Source: Asterias rubens (lineage: Eukaryota). Taken from it: DNA of 64,000 bases. Below, one piece after another: positions 61,795 to 64,000 of the stretch (the first letter of the stretch is position 1; every line of letters starts with the position of its first letter). The DNA lies in assembly GCF_902459465.1 (NCBI RefSeq), contig NC_047074.1, forward strand, positions 1,488,001-1,552,000, read 5' to 3'. The position numbers were made by a program, and so were the translations under genes. Below the pieces are notes generated by a model. That model was not told where the DNA came from. It worked only from the letters and a program-made list of their open reading frames with translations, and made no database searches.

Positions 61795-63513
61795 ATGCAG
61801 CAAGCAAACTACGCAAATCTTTTGTTGACTGCTGTCGTTGTGTTGGGGTTTTGCAGTACGGCAGTGCAATGTTTTTCAAAGAAGGTAATACAATTCTTTA
61901 TAGTTACATTTTTAGGAATTATTTAATGTTGGGCATCAGAAAGGATGATAATATTTATCATTCAAAGCTTTGTACGATACGGAGCACTGCATGAAGATGG
62001 AGCTTTCCTATCTATTATTATATATAGCTCCATGGTTGGTGGTTACTTCTAGAAATAAGGCTCCCCTACAAACAAACTAGGGAGCCTTATTATTATAAAC
62101 ATTTATAGTTTCTAGAAGTAGTTGGTGGTATGGCCATTACTTCTAGAAACTAAGTATGACCATCATCATCCAACTTACTTGTGGTCCGGCCTTTTATTTG
62201 TAATGTAAGTTGTATTGTATATAGTATGGCACATCACATTATAATAAAGTTTTCAGAGATAAGTAGGAAAGAAAAAAAACATCGTCCTCAGTCCTGAGGA
62301 TATTATTCACTCATCATGATAATAAAGACATCTTGAAAGTAGAATCTTCCAGGTATATTTCTTCTCAGTTCAAGATGACGACAGCATTTGGTATCCTGCC
62401 ACTTTGTCTTTTGTTTACACAAATTTTTACCGAACAGAATATCTCATTTTGGTAGTAATGGATACTAATTTTTTCAAAACGAATGCAAAAGTGGTAGCAG
62501 GATAGGGAAAGTTTTCCGTTTGTCATGAAATAAAATTTACTCAAATGAGATGTTCCTTTTTGTAAAAATTAGTGAACTAGTGGTCACAGGATACGAAAAG
62601 TTGTTGTATTTATTTATTTATTTATTTGTTTGTTTGTTGTTTACAGGATAAGTATCCACCACCGCCACCGATAGAGCAAAGAGCCGAGATGGCTCGTTAT
62701 GTTGTACACAGGGTAAGCTTGTCTGTCTGTTTGTTTGTTTGTTTATTTCCATTTGTGCAACAGCAATAGTGCAAATTAAGTACATCAGTTTATCTGTATT
62801 TGGATTTTCGTTGTTCAGTCAGCGCTTTTTGATAATATAATAATAATTATAATAATAATAATAATACCAAAGTCTTATATAGCGCACGTATCTACCAAAC
62901 AAGGTACTCAAGGCGCTGAGTATATACAAACTTTCAGAAAGATAGTTTATTGCAGTGATGAATTCTGAGACCCAATTATATAGCACCTTAAAAGGGCTTA
63001 CAAGGTGCTACGGCGCATTAAGCAGCCACAACCAGGAACACAGGGGCGAACCCCTTCTCTTTTCGATAAGTGCACTGGGTTCTTTTACATGCGTTACACA
63101 ACACATGGGACCAATGTCTTTACGTCCCATCCGAAGGACGAAGCAATGGTTAAGTGTCTTGCTCAGGACACAGTGTCACGGCTGGGGATTCGAACCCACA
63201 TGATGTCTATGTGACATGAAAATCATTTGTTAATAATAAATATCATTATTGTAACAGGCACATCCATCACAAACCTCGGCTTTTATGATGATTTTGAAAT
63301 GAGGAAATAAATGTGCTATTGTTTAATATTTATTATTTTCAGGCTGACTGGTGTACTCTGACGACCATCTCGAGCAATTCTGACCTCCTTGGTCTGGCGT
63401 TTTCTGAGCCGACGTCAGTGAGTGACGGCACCGTTGCAAACAGCACTGGAGTACCAGTGATGTACCACGCCATACAGAGCTACGTGATGCAGGACATTAT
63501 GAAAAACAGCAAG
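61795..63513 (+). CDS. Unidentified secreted or membrane protein, first two coding exons (continues beyond the window)
   Basis: Exon 61795-61884 (gaccATG; MQQANYANLLLTAVVVLGFCSTAVQCFSKK|GTAATA) looks like a signal peptide. It joins in phase 0 to exon 63343-63513 (ttttcag|ADWCTLTT...DIMKNSK|GTGGGT), whose only open frame this is. There is an N-S-T sequon. Confidence 0.7.
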
Positions 63514-64000
63514 GTGGGTAGTTGAGACCCCTCTCTTATATTCATGCATGGCGTCACAATTCTAACCCAAAATGAGGCCATCGGCGCACGTCACGCCACT
63601 ACCAGTGCAGTGGCTGCGTCGATGGCCTCGTTTTGGGTTAGAATGGTGAAGTCAGGAATGAACATTAAAAGAGGCGTATAGACCGTTCCATTTTAGCCTG
63701 CACGCGCACGTGTTGTACGCTGCCGTTGGCTGCGCCGCCATTGCTCTGGATTGCAGCAGCCAATGTTTGACTGCGCACAGTGTAGATGCATTCACCACAT
63801 TACAGACTCCAGTTTATCTATCGTTCAAATCCAGAGTAGATTATATTGAACAGACAAGCGGTAGAAGGGCTGACTATGTATAATATAGTTGTCGTTTAGT
63901 TACTGAATCACAATTCACAGACGTTAACCAATGTTTGTATGAGAGAGATTGGTTGTTGCCAGCTTGGTGTTTATATCCCCTTGTGGGAGTTTGCCGAGTT

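Noticed and set aside
62374-62455. Hydrophobic mini-ORF MTTAFGILPLCLLF as a signal exon
   Set aside because: It overlaps an inverted-repeat element and its donor phase does not fit the 63343 acceptor. The 61795 exon fits better.

Overview
Animal genomic DNA: AT-rich, intron-rich and dense in small repeats. It is probably an echinoderm, likely a sea star; this is inferred from gene and repeat style and not proven. Manual exon assembly with splice-site and phase checks gives six genes. On the minus strand: FBXO45/Fsn (2 exons, 255 aa, one 17-kb intron); CUL4 (18 exons, 804 aa, one AT-AC U12 intron); a divergent Mondo/ChREBP (MLXIP-like) bHLH-ZIP factor (18 exons, 1077 aa, one GT-AG U12 intron, a 21x TPGHV coding repeat); and two intronless sulfotransferase-fold genes in a recent ~3-kb tandem duplication. 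On the plus strand: the first two coding exons of an unidentified secreted protein. The rest is non-autonomous DNA transposons (Kolobok-, Harbinger-, MULE- and Helentron-like, plus an unclassified 4.5-kb element), tRNA-derived SINEs, L2-type LINE tails and minisatellites. I found no CRISPR array, rRNA or bona fide tRNA. The best candidate for something undescribed is the Mondo locus. It has a remodelled sensor domain, a phospho-repeat whose DNA is also an E-box array, and a possible distal promoter giving an N-truncated isoform. All coordinates and counts were read by eye; no searches were run.
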